A stretch of DNA of 64,000 bases from Podarcis melisellensis. Its lineage: Eukaryota. Where the stretch lies: assembly GCA_964234715.1 (NCBI GenBank), contig OZ174277.1; one strand, 5' to 3'. The number at the start of each line of letters is the position of its first letter. Position 1 is the first letter of the stretch. The position numbers were made by a program, and so were the translations under genes. Under the pieces are notes generated by a model. The model had not been told where the DNA came from. It saw only the letters and a list, made by a program, of their open reading frames with translations, and searched no databases. This document shows positions 39,036-50,890 of the stretch, one piece after another.

Positions 39036-39117
39036 ATTTTATCATCAGATGTGGAACACAATCACCCCCTCTCAACTTCTCCTTCTGCATTATTATAACT
39101 CAATTGTTAATCTAAAA

Positions 39118-39243
39118 CAGGGAGGGGTAATGTGGCGCCCTCTAGTTGTTGTCAGACTATAACTCTCATTATCCCTGGCCATTGCTGCCTGGGGCTAATG
39201 GGAGCCCAACAACACCTGAAGGTCCACTTGTTCCCTTCCCCCG
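39118..39243. mobile_element. Short hAT MITE (family B) with an 8-bp TSD
   Basis: cagggaggggtaa...ttcccttccccccg, with TSD atctaaaa at 39110-39117 and 39244-39251. Confidence 0.82.
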
Positions 39244-41135
39244 ATCTAAAAATGTTAATTTTTGAACAAAACACAACAAGTCAGCTATATAATGTAAGCA
39301 TTTTGGATATTTTAAAGACCTACATACATTTTGAGAACAGTGGAAAGATGGATCTGTTATCTACACATATACAGCTATGGGGTACATTTATTACCATTTA
39401 AAGCAATAGTTATGCTGCTAACATTTTTAAAAGCATGCTAAATCAGTTCCGTATAAAACAGACAGGAACACAAAGTACTGCCAGCTTCACAATGCTAGTC
39501 GGAGAATGACTTCAGCAACAGTCTAGCACTAGACACTCAACAGGCTACGGCTATAAAGGCAAGCCTGAATGCTGTTAAAATACACCACAAAGCACTGGCC
39601 TAATGGAGAAACACAAATTGAGGTGCCAACTTCTATCAGGCTTTAATGCAGGAGAAATTGTACTGCAGCCCTCCTATTCACAAGAGGATGTTCTTGAACA
39701 GACAGCTCAGAGCACAACTCCCCCTTTCATGGAATGCAAGCACGTCCTACTCTGCTATTGTGCATCTGGAAATTTCTTTCCGCTGACAGCCGGCTACTAA
39801 ATTTCAATATAGAATGGGAGATCTGAAATATTCAAATTGCCAGTATTTGGAAATTCTTAAGGAAACATTAACAGGGCAAATTGTGCTATATTTGTATTGC
39901 AGCAGATAGCATTGTTGAAACTTAGGATTCTAGTGCCAGGACCAAGAGGTCAAGCTTGTATGTAGGTTAAACAATAGCTTCATATTATCTCCGTAACACA
40001 CCCACGTTTGGTTTTTGAATAGAGCCTATTAAAGTGATAGATGAATATAAACTCCTACATAGTTCTAGATTCTTGTACCAGAAGCAGGGAGCACTGTGAA
40101 TCTAAAAACAATTCAGGAGTCAGGTGGCAGGGTAAGGTGGAAGAGATGAGAGAGAGCACAAAGTTCTTCTATTAAAGAAGAGAATGATGCCTTTAGTCAC
40201 TTAATGAGCCAATTTGATAAGCCCATAAAATGACACGTTGAGTCCTTCAACCTGCCACAAAGAGAGGTGAAGCACTAATCTGAAGCATAATGATTGGGCA
40301 CTAAAGCAGCTTTTATAGTTTTCTAAACCTATAGTGAAGATAAAACCAAGACAATTTTGATTTAAGTAAACCCACTTTACAGGAGAGATTCCATTTAGCG
40401 CACAGTTATATTCTATTTTCTTGTCGCAGACATACATAAACTAATATAAAAAAGTCAAGGTGCTGAAATAAAAATCTATTCTGGAATAAAGCATTTAAAC
40501 TCACTCCACTGTCAACAATAATGTTTTCTTCTATCTTGTAGAATTTGTTTATATTTGATATTATTTTAACTTGCCAGAACAGCTGGCCGAAAGGGAAGAT
40601 TTCATGATGTAGCTCAAAGCAAATCAATCACATTATTCAGGCTTACTATTTTAGGGCATGCTGTGCAGCTGCAATGCATACTCCTATTATGTAGCAGTAT
40701 GGATAAAAAAGTCTTGCTATCAAGTATCAACCAGTGGATCAGGTATGGGGCTTTTATCTCTGCACACCATAGACTCACTACAAAAATGCCTTACAATCCC
40801 TCAAGCCTCAGAAACCAATGTTTTAGAGCAACAATAGTGATCTACTTCATAAGGCAACTGAAAGGAACAATGATCTCAAAGCATTTTGTACATCAGAAGG
40901 CACAAACTGAAACATTAAAAATTACTGAAGCTTCGTACAAATTGAAAGACTTGCCTATGAAGGTTCACGGCACAATAAATGAACTGTTCTCCCTTTAATC
41001 ATCTTACAAAACTACTTTCTCCCTTCTCCAGTGTTTATGTGTCACTTTTTAAATTGAGAATGCCCTCAGTTTCTACTTTAAATGCCTCTCCTTACTCAGT
41101 TTGTGGTCAAAAAACTGTGTTGTTGTTGGTGTAGT

Positions 41136-41166
<31 letters not shown>

Positions 41167-41260
41167 CTTTATATCCTGCCTTTCTTCCTGACAGAGACCT
41201 AAGGTGGATTGCAGCAAAAAAGCTATTAAAAACACAAAAAATATTTTTTAAAAACAATTA
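41136..41260 (-). mobile_element. (AAC)10 microsatellite plus an L2-type 3' tail
   Basis: caacaac... followed by 'tttatatcctgcctttcttcctgacagagacctaaggtgg'. Confidence 0.6.
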
Positions 41261-42543
41261 AACATTGATAAAGAGTGTTTGTTTGTGTCTAATCTATTAA
41301 CAACTGACAAAGAAAAGATCCGTTGGAGATGCAGCAGCTTTAAGCTGCTTAATTAACCATCACATTTATAAAATATTTTCAAGGAACACATTAGCATATT
41401 TTTCAGAATCTACTGCTGTGACTCGGAAATAGTTTGGAAAGACAGTAGGTCTGTTCCCTTTTAGTCTTTTGTCATCTCCACTTATCCCCCTCCGCTTCCC
41501 ATTCCTTCAGAGTAAAGGAAAGTAAAGAAACATTTCTCTCAGCCTTATTGTTGTTCATCACATCATAAGTAGCTGGGCTAAAGAGTCCAGATTTGGAGAA
41601 TTGGGGGTGGGGTGGGGAGAGTATGGCACTCTTATCTGTTTCCCCTTTATGATAACCTACAAGATGCAGGGAGCCTGTATGGGGCAATTGCTTAGTAACT
41701 CAGGCAGCACATTTAAACCTTTCCCATCACTCCACACACCCTGTCTCTACATACTATTATGTAGGGTGTCTGTTGTAGTAACCAAATTGCTCTATCAGGT
41801 TCAGTACTTCAGTTAATGCAAAACAAGACTAAATATTTACCTGAAGGCTGCAGTGGGCAGTATCCAACTAACTTGTGTCAGCATAAAGATCGACACTTGA
41901 AGAACAGAACTCCCCATCTCCTATCTCCCCACCACACCCCATGCCCTTCCCAAATCTGTTCTGGAGGGTTGTGGGAACCTCAGAAAAGACTGGAGAAAGT
42001 TCCATTACACAAGCACAAATACATGTTCTGCAAAACAGATAGTGCCCAATGAATACAAGGAAAAGGCAATAAAGTAAAAAGAGTAACGGCAAAGATTTAG
42101 TTTTAATTCACTAATCTGAAACTGTATCAACTGCAATTCTCTGATTTATTTTTATAATTGTGTGAGCATAATAAATTAGAATAATAGGGAGTGTGGGGGT
42201 TGGTTGGTTTTTCTTCCTGCTTTTATTATATATTTTGTGTTTCTTATCTTGTATTTTCATGTTGTGAACCACCCTGAGATCCATGGCTGAAGGGCAGAAT
42301 GAAAATTTAACACAAAAAATGTAAACCTCTTAGGTTAGCAGTTTATGGCGAGAGGATCTGCCACTCCAGCTGCACCTTATTAAAGTGACACAACTAAGCA
42401 ATTTAGTAGGTGTTGAGAAGGGTCTCAAACAGGGGCTTCCAGCAGCCAGACATCAAAACCTTACCACCTGTGCCACCAATACTCTAATACAAATCTACGT
42501 GAAACTTTACATTATTTCCTTTATTTGGATGCTGAGCCCCTAC

Positions 42544-42990
42544 TGTCCAGAGGAGGGCAACCAAAATGGTCAAAGGCCTGGAAACGATGCCTTATGAGGA
42601 ACGGCTAAGGGAGCTGGGCATGTTTAGCCTGGAGAAGAGGAGGTTAAGGGGTGATATGATAGCCATGTTCAAATATATAAAAGGATGTCACATAGAGGAG
42701 GGAGAAAGGTTGTTTTCTGCTGCTCCAGAGAAGCGGACACGGAGCAATGGATCTAAACTAAAAGAAAGAAGATTCCACCTAAACATTAGGAAGAACTTCC
42801 GGACAGTAAGAGCTGTTCGACAGTGGAATTTGCTGCCAAGGAGTGTGGTGGAGTCTCCTTCTTTGGAGGTCTTTAAGCAGAGACTTGACAACCATATGTC
42901 AGGAGTGCTCTGATGGTGTTTCCTGCTTGGCAGGGGGTTGGACTCGATGGCCCTTGTGGTCTCTTCCAACTCTACGATTCTATGATTCTA
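42544..42990 (+). mobile_element. Young 5'-truncated CR1 LINE (ORF2 C-terminus and 3'UTR)
   Basis: Uninterrupted ORF 42566..42913 ([37 protein letters not shown]...[22 protein letters not shown]), an (attctatg)-type tail, and the candidate TSD ctactgt at 42540-42546 and 42988-42994. Confidence 0.95.
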
Positions 42991-44024
42991 CTGTTTACAG
43001 CAAGTGAAATGGGGTTGCCAAGCAGCATTTGATCTTGTTGCTTATTACTTGCTATTTCAAAAATCTGAAACCAGTTTCCTGAGTTCTCCTTTTTCCTACC
43101 TACTGCAGTCTTAAGAGATTGTCCCGTGAGTGCTGTACAGCAAACCACCAGGAAGTTAGGCATATTCCCTAGCCCCAGAGGATGTATGAGATCACAATAA
43201 ATGTGAAATATGGAAAAATTAGTATGAAGGATTAAAACAACCACTTTTTGTGTAACTCATTTGACCAAATCATTTACATATTTCCATTCTTATTTCTATG
43301 ATCTGGAGCAAAGGGTGTTGGGCTGTGCAATGGACATGGATAGCACAATTGTTTTACAGGAGTTCAGTTAATTTTGTTGGTTTACTAACCTGTTTCATTG
43401 TGTGGATTTCTTTTTTCTAAAAAAAAGAGAGAAAGAAAATGAAGTGAAAATCAAGAACTTTCAGGTTTTCCTTTATACATTCAGTTTGCAATATTCTAAT
43501 TAAATGTAAACATGAAAAAATTGCACTATAAAGATACCCACTTTAGAGCGTTTCAGTATATGAGAAGTAAAGCCCATCATTCCTTTAACCTTCTACATTG
43601 TATTAAAGTTGAACATTTTTCTTATTTAAGTGGCCTGGCTAAAATCCCAGGGTGCTACGTTAACTTGTTTTCAAGTCTCAGAGGCAAAATGGCAGTCATA
43701 ATACTATCATAGGACTTCTTACACAATATGATGATGGAACACAATTGGCATTTAGGCAGCCACATTATATTTGCACTAAACGTTTATGCTTAACTCTCTG
43801 ATAAGTGTAAAAAAAGACCACAATCCTGGGTTTGGACACAGCACTAAGCTAACCCTTTTGTGGCTTGTTTATTCACTAGCCTGAAAGGAGGAGCAAATAG
43901 GATGTGATCCAGCTGTCTACACTAGCAGAGTTTATTAAGTAAAGGTTCATAACATTGTTACATGTAAGCATGGACAACATGTAAAATGGTGTCTGTCTGA
44001 ATCTAGTTTTGCCGAAAAAGGAAT

Positions 44025-44088
44025 ACCTTAGGGCTTTAAAAGGTAGGCAAATTTATTGTAGCATAAGCATCTGTGGGCTACACCCACC
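44025..44088 (-). mobile_element. Penelope-like element terminal fragment
   Basis: 'accttagggc...caaatttattgtagcataagcatctgtgggctacacccac' resembles the recalled squamate Penelope terminus. Confidence 0.55.
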
Positions 44089-44125
44089 CTGGACTTCTTT
44101 GGGAAGAAGGATGGGATATATATTT

Positions 44126-44260
44126 CACAGAATCACAGCTGGAAGGGACCTCAAGGGTCATCTAGCCCAACCCCGGCAATAAAGGAATCTTTTTGCCCAA
44201 CATGGGGCTTGAATCTATGACCATGAGACATAAGAGTCTCATGCTCTACCAGTTGAGGTA
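44126..44260 (-). mobile_element. tRNA-Lys(CTT)-derived SINE with a CR1-type tail (lacertid POM/Squam2-like)
   Basis: Minus strand tacctcaactggtagagcatgagactcttatgtctcatggtcatagattcaagccccatgttgggc resembles tRNA-Lys-CTT. It is followed by 'gggttgggctagatgacccttgaggtcccttccagc...attct'. Confidence 0.8.
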
Positions 44261-44834
44261 TTTTAATAAATAGTAATAAATATTAAGTGCATTTCATAAA
44301 ATTTGCTTTAGTTCCAAGGCGAAATTGTTAAGGCTTATGGCCTTATTCAATATTGGGTGATGGGGTTTTATAGGATGTTACTCTTTGCATACTCCAAGTT
44401 GCCTATCTCCTGCAGAGATAAAAAGTGTGGTTAGATTTCATGGAAATCTATGGTCTCTGCTGCTCCTGCCTATTTTAAACAAAACAATGACCCTAATATT
44501 TAATCTGTCATGGTTCTTTGACATATTTTCTTTCTTTGAGAAATAGCTGATATCTTGTGCATGCCTCTGAAATACTTCAACATTCTAAAAATCAACACTC
44601 GTAATTACACAACCAAATTCAACTATAGACTTATCTACAAAAGTGTTCCTATTAATATAGTGCTACCTTGTAATTCTGATACTGTAACAAGAGCAGCAAA
44701 AGCTAAATATCTCAAGAGCACTTTGTTACAACAGCCCAGTAACTTAAAAGCAGCAAAGGCACAACAAAGGGCTTTGTTCATTCAATTGGTGGTACTACTA
44801 TTACTACTTTCTTCTACTGCAGACTGCATTTTGT

Positions 44835-44960
44835 GTACTCAAAGGTTTTACAGTACTCATCTCATTCATTTATCCTCACAACCGCTCTTTAAATTACACC
44901 ACTCTTTCTCTCACTTTACATAATGGGACTTGCCAAGAGTGACTTAGCTTGTAGATATAT
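44835..44960 (-). mobile_element. MIR-like SINE remnant
   Basis: 'atctcattcatttatcctcacaac...cactttacataatggg'. Confidence 0.4.
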
Positions 44961-45129
44961 TACATTATGTATGTCAATCCACAGAATTCTATAATGGTTT
45001 ATTGTTTATTTCCATTGGTCATATGATTATAATGTTACAGGGCTGCAGAACATGGGAACTAAGAATCTCTGCTCCAAATTAGAGGTCAATCTTAAAGAAG
45101 TCAGAGCGCTGGATGAGACCAACAAGAAC

Positions 45130-45285
45130 AGAATTCACAATCTTGCTCAACTGCAGTATTGCACACGTCTGAGCAAATATCTGTCTGTCTCTTTGCCTTT
45201 GCCCTCCATTTGTAAAATGTGGATAATAGTGACTACTGTTATGAGAGGACAAAATGAAACACGGTAAAAAAGCACTTTATATAGT
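45130..45285 (+). mobile_element. MIR-like SINE remnant
   Basis: CORE-like 'tgagcaaat...tctctttgcct...ctccatttgtaaaatgtggataatagt' and 'gtaaaaaagcacttt'. Confidence 0.55.
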
Positions 45286-45825
45286 GACAAGAGATAATAG
45301 GCAACAAGGCTGTAGGTTGGAAATTGAGTTATTTTCCACCATTAGACAATATAGTTAAATATATTTCTATTGCTAGAGACTTACAGGTGGAAGAGAAATA
45401 TTTTCCCATCTAGTACTGGAGCTACTAACAGAATTCTTAGTTCCAATTAACATAATTAAAGCCTGCTCTATTGAACCAGAAATTCTAAAACTGCAATCTG
45501 AACTCTTAATGCGAGTAGCTTTGACAGGAGTTGTCTAGTTCAAGGGCATTCCAGAGTTCTGTAAACTTTGCTGAGTGAAGGCTTGATTGGTGCCTGTACG
45601 CAAGAGGCTCTTGCTTTTATACACACTGGAGATTGTTTCAACAAACTTGAGCAAATAAATGAAGCACCGGAGTGAGGAGAATCTGATTTCATGCACACAC
45701 ACTAAGAAACAGACACCCACACATAAACTCCAAGGGGGATGCCAACTATGTGCTTTAGATTGACTATTTAAAAAAAGGGGGGGAGAGAGAGAGATCTCAA
45801 AACCAAACCTTTACATTGCACTTAC

Positions 45826-45866
45826 CAGCAAAGCATTTGGAACAGAGATTCATAGTCTTGCTGGAC
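45826..45866 (-). CDS. ZFAND3: ZFAND3 coding exon 2 (41 nt), second half of the N-terminal A20-like zinc finger
   Basis: Minus strand reads cctcttactccag|GTCCAGCAAGACTATGAATCTCTGTTCCAAATGCTTTGCTG|gtaagt, which encodes (G)SSKTMNLCSKCFA(D) and matches recalled vertebrate ZFAND3 'CPCGFWGSSKTMNLCSKCFADFQKKQ'. It has a polypyrimidine tract with AG and a GTAAGT donor, and joins exon 3 in phase 1. It is too short to appear in the ORF track. Confidence 0.96.
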
Positions 45867-46609
45867 CTGGAGTAAGAGGAGGAAAAGGAGAGCTTAATAT
45901 TCCTCTTGGTAGTTAGTACAGGTTATTTTATTTAGGAGGGAGAGAGACAGACTAGAACAAGAATAAAAGTAAACAACTGCAGAAGTAAATAGTTGTGCTC
46001 TGTTGAAGAAAAATAAAGTAGCCAAATCATCTTCATAAATACACTTTTCGGCGACACATGACAGAAAGACTAATTATTTCACTTGAATGTTACAACTCTC
46101 CACAGATGTGGTATATCAGTACCTAGCACCACAACAAGCAACATAACATTAGTATCTATAGTTCAAATCCATTTGTATCTGAAAGGCTGAAGTGGGGAAC
46201 TGTTATAGTTCAGAAGAGAACAGTTTAATTACACTAATCCCCTACCAAAACCCAATAAGGGATATACTCTCCAAGTAAACATATACTGTACTACTTAGTC
46301 TCAATGCTACTGGAAGAGCCTCTCTCTCTGAAACAGACCAATGTTGTCTTCTAATTCAGAGCTTCCATTTTTAACCACTACAGTAAATATCTCCATGACT
46401 TTCTTCTGTAACATTTCTTTTAAAATGAAACTCATCTCCCACCCTTACAACCGAAGATAATTTAAGATTGAAAATGTAGATGAACTTCTGAAATTTCATC
46501 AGGCAGCACAAGGGCTGTTACTGGGCAAGAAGCACTTCTACTGGGTAAGAAGGCTTTGGTAATAACCTTGTATTCTTCCCATCACTTTCCCAGTAGGAAC
46601 TGTGGAGCA

Positions 46610-47660
46610 GATCCAGACAAATGACCAAATATTCAACATACCAAACAACATATTACCAATCACTTTAAAAGGAGAGATATTGGAGTCATGGGAGATTTCA
46701 ACTGCCCCATCTTTTGGAACTCAAACTCTGCCAAGAATGTAAGATCCAACAAATTCCTCCCTTGCCTCACTGATAATTTCATTTCCCAGAAGAAGGAAGA
46801 AGCAACAAAGGAGCCATCTATTTTGCACTTGGCCTTTGCCAACAGAGAGGATCTAATTGACAAAGTGATCGTGTCCTCTTGGATTTTGTGATGCAGAGGC
46901 AAGGGAAAGCTAAGTGTAGTCACACATGCAGTCTGGACTTTTAAGAAGACTAGTTTCAAAAAGCTTAAGGAACTACTGGGTGAGCTCCTATGGTCAGAAA
47001 TACTCAAAGAGAAGGGAACCCAAAAAAGGATGGAAGTTTCTTAAAGGTGAACTACTGAAGGCACAAATGCAGACAATTTCAACAAGAAAGAAAAGTGGGA
47101 GGCATCACCCAAAAGGAAAGCAGTGCTCAACTTGGTGATAACAGAATAAACAATGCAATAAGGGAACTGCAGTGCAAGATAGGAAAAGAGGTGGTGAGGG
47201 AAGACCTAGCTACTTTAAATGAATGTAAACAACCTGATGCACTGAATGCGCTGCTCCCAATGATACTAAAGGAGCTTGAGGATTTAATCTCAGAGCCTCT
47301 GTCTATAATCTTTGAGAATTAATGGAGAACAGGTGAGGTCCCTGCAGACTGGAGGCGGGGAAATGTTGTCCCCATCTTCAAAAAGAGTGTGTGTGGAGAA
47401 GACACAGGTGACTAAGACTGGTGAGCTTGACAACAATACCAGAAAAAGTCCTAGAACAAACAGTCCATCTGTGAGCACTTAGCAAAGGATGTTGTGATTA
47501 CTAAGACCCAGCATGGGTTTCTCAAAAATAAGTCATGCCAAACAAATCTAATTTCTTCTTTTTTATGGAGTTACAAGCTTGATGGATCAGGGGAATGCTG
47601 TGGACATAGCTGATTCCAGTAAGGCTGGTAAAATGTAGGTTGAACAAGGTAATCGTAGCA
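46610..47660 (+). mobile_element. Old CR1 LINE internal fragment (endonuclease end to RT start) with stops, frameshifts and deletions
   Basis: Peptide remnants MGDFN..IFWNSNSAK, ILKELEDLISEPLSIIFEN, GEVPADWRRGNVVPIFKK and QHGFLKNKSCQTNLIS. Confidence 0.88.
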
Positions 47661-48190
47661 GATTACCTCAGATGACTAGGCCAACAGAAGTTTCCAACTC
47701 CCACACCACCCTACTTCTCAATCAAACACTTTGCCTGCTGCTGTGTGCAGGAAACCCAGCAATACTATTTACCTATTTACCTGCCACAGCACAAAGTGAA
47801 ACAAAGGAGCATTAAACATAACATTTCTAAGTGCCATAAGAAACACACACGCCTCAGTTTGAATATTAAATTCTAAGACTAGACCTTCAAAGCTTCTATG
47901 TGCTTATTCCACTCAAGTAGTACAAACACTCTGTGCCAACAACTTGCACAGATTATCTACCTTGAGGAAAAATCACAAAAATTAAACCAGCAGGCTAAGT
48001 CAACACCTGCATTGTTAGTATGCTGCACTTTTGTGCCATTTGCTTGGAAGTTAGATTGTTTGAAGTAATTCAGTAAGCTGCAGCTTCCCTGAGAAGCCAT
48101 TAAATCTCAGGACCAGCTAAAAAAGGAAGATGCAGAGTTTAAATGGTTCAGACAGAGATATTTTCAACTTTGTTTGAGCATTAAGAAGGT

Positions 48191-48590
48191 ACAGGGGAGT
48201 ACCATATGCCCAGAGAACCTGTCATTGTGCCATGGGTGTGGCTGAGTCCACCGAACACATTCTCTTGACTTGCCCTTCTTATGCAGAGCTTAGACAAAAT
48301 TTTATAGACCCACTCCTATGTCAATTTAGCTTCCTACCCGAAGAAAACCAGGTTTTACACTTGCTGAATAATGTCACTAGAGCTATACCTTCCTTGGTGG
48401 CCAAATTTCTTTTTTTAGCTTTTAAGCGTCGCTATAATTATAAGACTATAATTGACTGTATTGATATAGGGCTATCTGTTTAGCCCATTTTAGTGTTGGC
48501 TAAGTTCTAAAATCTTCCTGGATGTTTTAACTGTGTATTGACAAATGTATTTTTTTCTGACTGACGGTCGAATAAATGGTTGATGATGAT
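48191..48590 (+). mobile_element. 5'-truncated non-LTR retrotransposon, probably RTE-X clade, with a C-terminal CCHC knuckle
   Basis: Open frame RYRGVPYAQRTCHCAMGVAESTEHILLTCPSYAELRQ, an aataaa signal with a (tga)n tail, and TSD gaaggt at 48185-48190 and 48591-48596. Confidence 0.8.
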
Positions 48591-50383
48591 GAAGGTGGGC
48601 TAGTTTCAATTTGAAGTCTCCATAGAATTTTTTCAAATGTTCATATTCTGGCACCAAAATTGCAAGACAGACATTGTGTGTGTGTTTAATAACAGGGCTA
48701 TCAATTCTGGAAGAAGCAACAGCTTGTGTGTCATCATTTAAGGCAAAGAATAGTTTAAACACTGTTGACTGAGTTTCAAAAGTCAATCATTATGCAAGTA
48801 CAAGGCAACAAACAGTAAGGAAACAAATATAAGACACCCTGAAGCAAATGAATAGGCTAATTTTCAAGTCACAGCAGAGAAAAAGGGTAGGGTAATGGAC
48901 TCTAGTTCCAGAAATATTTCACATTTCAAAGCAGAAAAAGGCTTTATTTGCATACTAATGGCTTTATGTAAAGTGATGTACAAGTATATCAAGAATAGGT
49001 ACACTACATTTTTGTTAAAGGTGACCTACAATATTTACACCAGAGCTCAGTGACATTTTCATGATGGAAAATAGTATTTATACATTGCTTGCCTTTTGCT
49101 GGACCTATCAACTGGAGACAATTGTTATTTTTTGAAGTGTGCTTTAGCGCCATCATACTGCTAGCAACACAGCAGAGATACACTATTTGACCAAGTAAAG
49201 TTCTAATCAGATTAAGATTCAGTATTTCCTACTACATTGTAGAATGACAAGGAACAGTCTTGCTTAGGACTTCTAGTACTCTACAATATCTCAGTCATTA
49301 TCATAACTCTCAGCTGAACATAAATTGTTTGCTGTTTACCTTCTTACATCTAAAAATAATCCTAGTTCTCCAAGCAGCAGACGATATGATAAACCTAGAC
49401 TGCACTATTTGAATTGCAGGTGTGGACTCCTTATTTGGAGACTTTGGGGTTTGTTTGTTTATTCAAAAAATGTGTTTTCTTGATTTTCAAAGTTTACAGA
49501 AGCTGTTATAATAAAAAGAACAAGAATAAAATACTAAAGTGGTAACCAAATTAAGAAAACAATTTTAATCTGTCTTGTTTGTATTATTATTTTATAATAT
49601 TTTATAATATTTATATTATAAAATAATTTATATTATACACTGCTATAATATCTACAGTCTATAATATGTTCAGATAAATAACTATTAATTGTTCCCTCCA
49701 TACAATAACATCCTACACGTTACAAAAGGTGTCAGAGAGAATAGTTCTAAGCCTTGTCTAGACATATAGAGCAGGATTCTCCTAATGAACTCCATCAGAT
49801 GAAGCTCTACACTAGGGTTTCTGCTTGTACAAGGGGCTTCTCCACTCCCCCTGTGCACCCCCTGAAGTAAGCTCGGGGGGGGGGGTCAGGAGAAACCCAG
49901 AACAACACATGGAGAAGGAAGGTGGGATCGTTCCATCTGGCAAGCTGATATGCTGCACAGATGGAACATTTGTTAACAGCTTGGTGTTGAATTCCTCCCT
50001 CAATCTCCAAATCCAGACACAGATTTGCCCATTCATCAGCAACCTAACAACTAGGCCTCAGAAAAAAATAGTTACTGAAGCATTTGTACTTCTAAAGCCT
50101 TGCATTTATTCAGTAGTATTAAATCTTTTTATGAAATGCTTTCATGAACCAGGAACTTTTAATGGCATTCCAATTGCTTGTGCTCCCTTCCTATTAAAGA
50201 AATGATGATACTAAATAGCATAATTTTCTGCATTATATATCAACAGAGGTTCTTCAGCACAGTAGCCTGATTCACACATCATGCTAAACCAAACCATAGC
50301 TTAGTGAGAACATGCAAGCTGCTGGACAGGAGAACGCAACCAATTTGTTCCTCTTTTCTGCTGAGCTAAGCCATGATCTGACT

Positions 50384-50890
50384 GGTTTAGCCTGGAAAAC
50401 AGGAGACAGAGGAGATATGATAAAGGTAAAGGACTCATGACAGTTAAGTCCAGTTGCAGACAACTCTGGGGCTGCAGCGCTCATCTTACTTTACAGGCCG
50501 AGGGAGCCGGCGTTTGTCCACAGACAGTTTTTCCGGGTCATGTGGGCAGCATGACTAAACCGTTTCTGGCACAACGGAACACCGAAAGCAGAGCAGCACA
50601 CGGAAATACTGTTTACCTTCCCGCCGGAGTGGTACCTATTTATCTACTTGAACTTTTGGAGTGCTTTTGAACTGCTAGGTTGGCAGAAGCCGGGACCGAG
50701 CAACAGGAACACACCCCGTCATGGGGATTCGAGCCTCTGACCTTCTGATCGGCAAGCCCAAGAGGCTCAGTGGTTTAGACCACAGCGCCACCCAAATCCC
50801 ATAGGAGATATGATAGCCATCTTCAAATACCTAAAGGGCTGTCACATGGAAAATGAAGCAAGCTTGTTTTCTCCTGCTATGATTCTACGA
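50384..50890 (+). mobile_element. Short CR1 3' fragment split by a Sauria SINE
   Basis: gtttagcctggaaaacaggagacagaggagatatgata[SINE]gccatcttcaaatacctaaagggctgtcacatgg...ttttctcctgct|atgattcta. Homologous to 42620-42723 and to the CR1 tail. Confidence 0.8.
50423..50800 (-). mobile_element. Full-length Sauria SINE with a 13-bp TSD
   Basis: Tail aaggtaaagg, tRNA-like head (minus strand gggtggcgctgtggtctaaacc...ctcgaatcc), and TSD aggagatatgata at 50410-50422 and 50803-50815. Confidence 0.95.

Larger units (their letters stand above)
3943..45825 (-). other. ZFAND3: ZFAND3 intron 2 (about 41.9 kb including the gap)
   Basis: Bounded by the exon 2 GT donor (45824-45825) and the exon 3 AG acceptor (3943-3944). 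Confidence 0.9.

Noticed and set aside
42566-42913. 115-aa ORF as a host gene
   Set aside because: It is the CR1 ORF2 C-terminus, with the CR1 3' tail following.
44190-44260. tRNA-Lys gene
   Set aside because: The stems are mutated, the 5' end is missing and it is fused to a CR1-like tail, so it is a SINE head.
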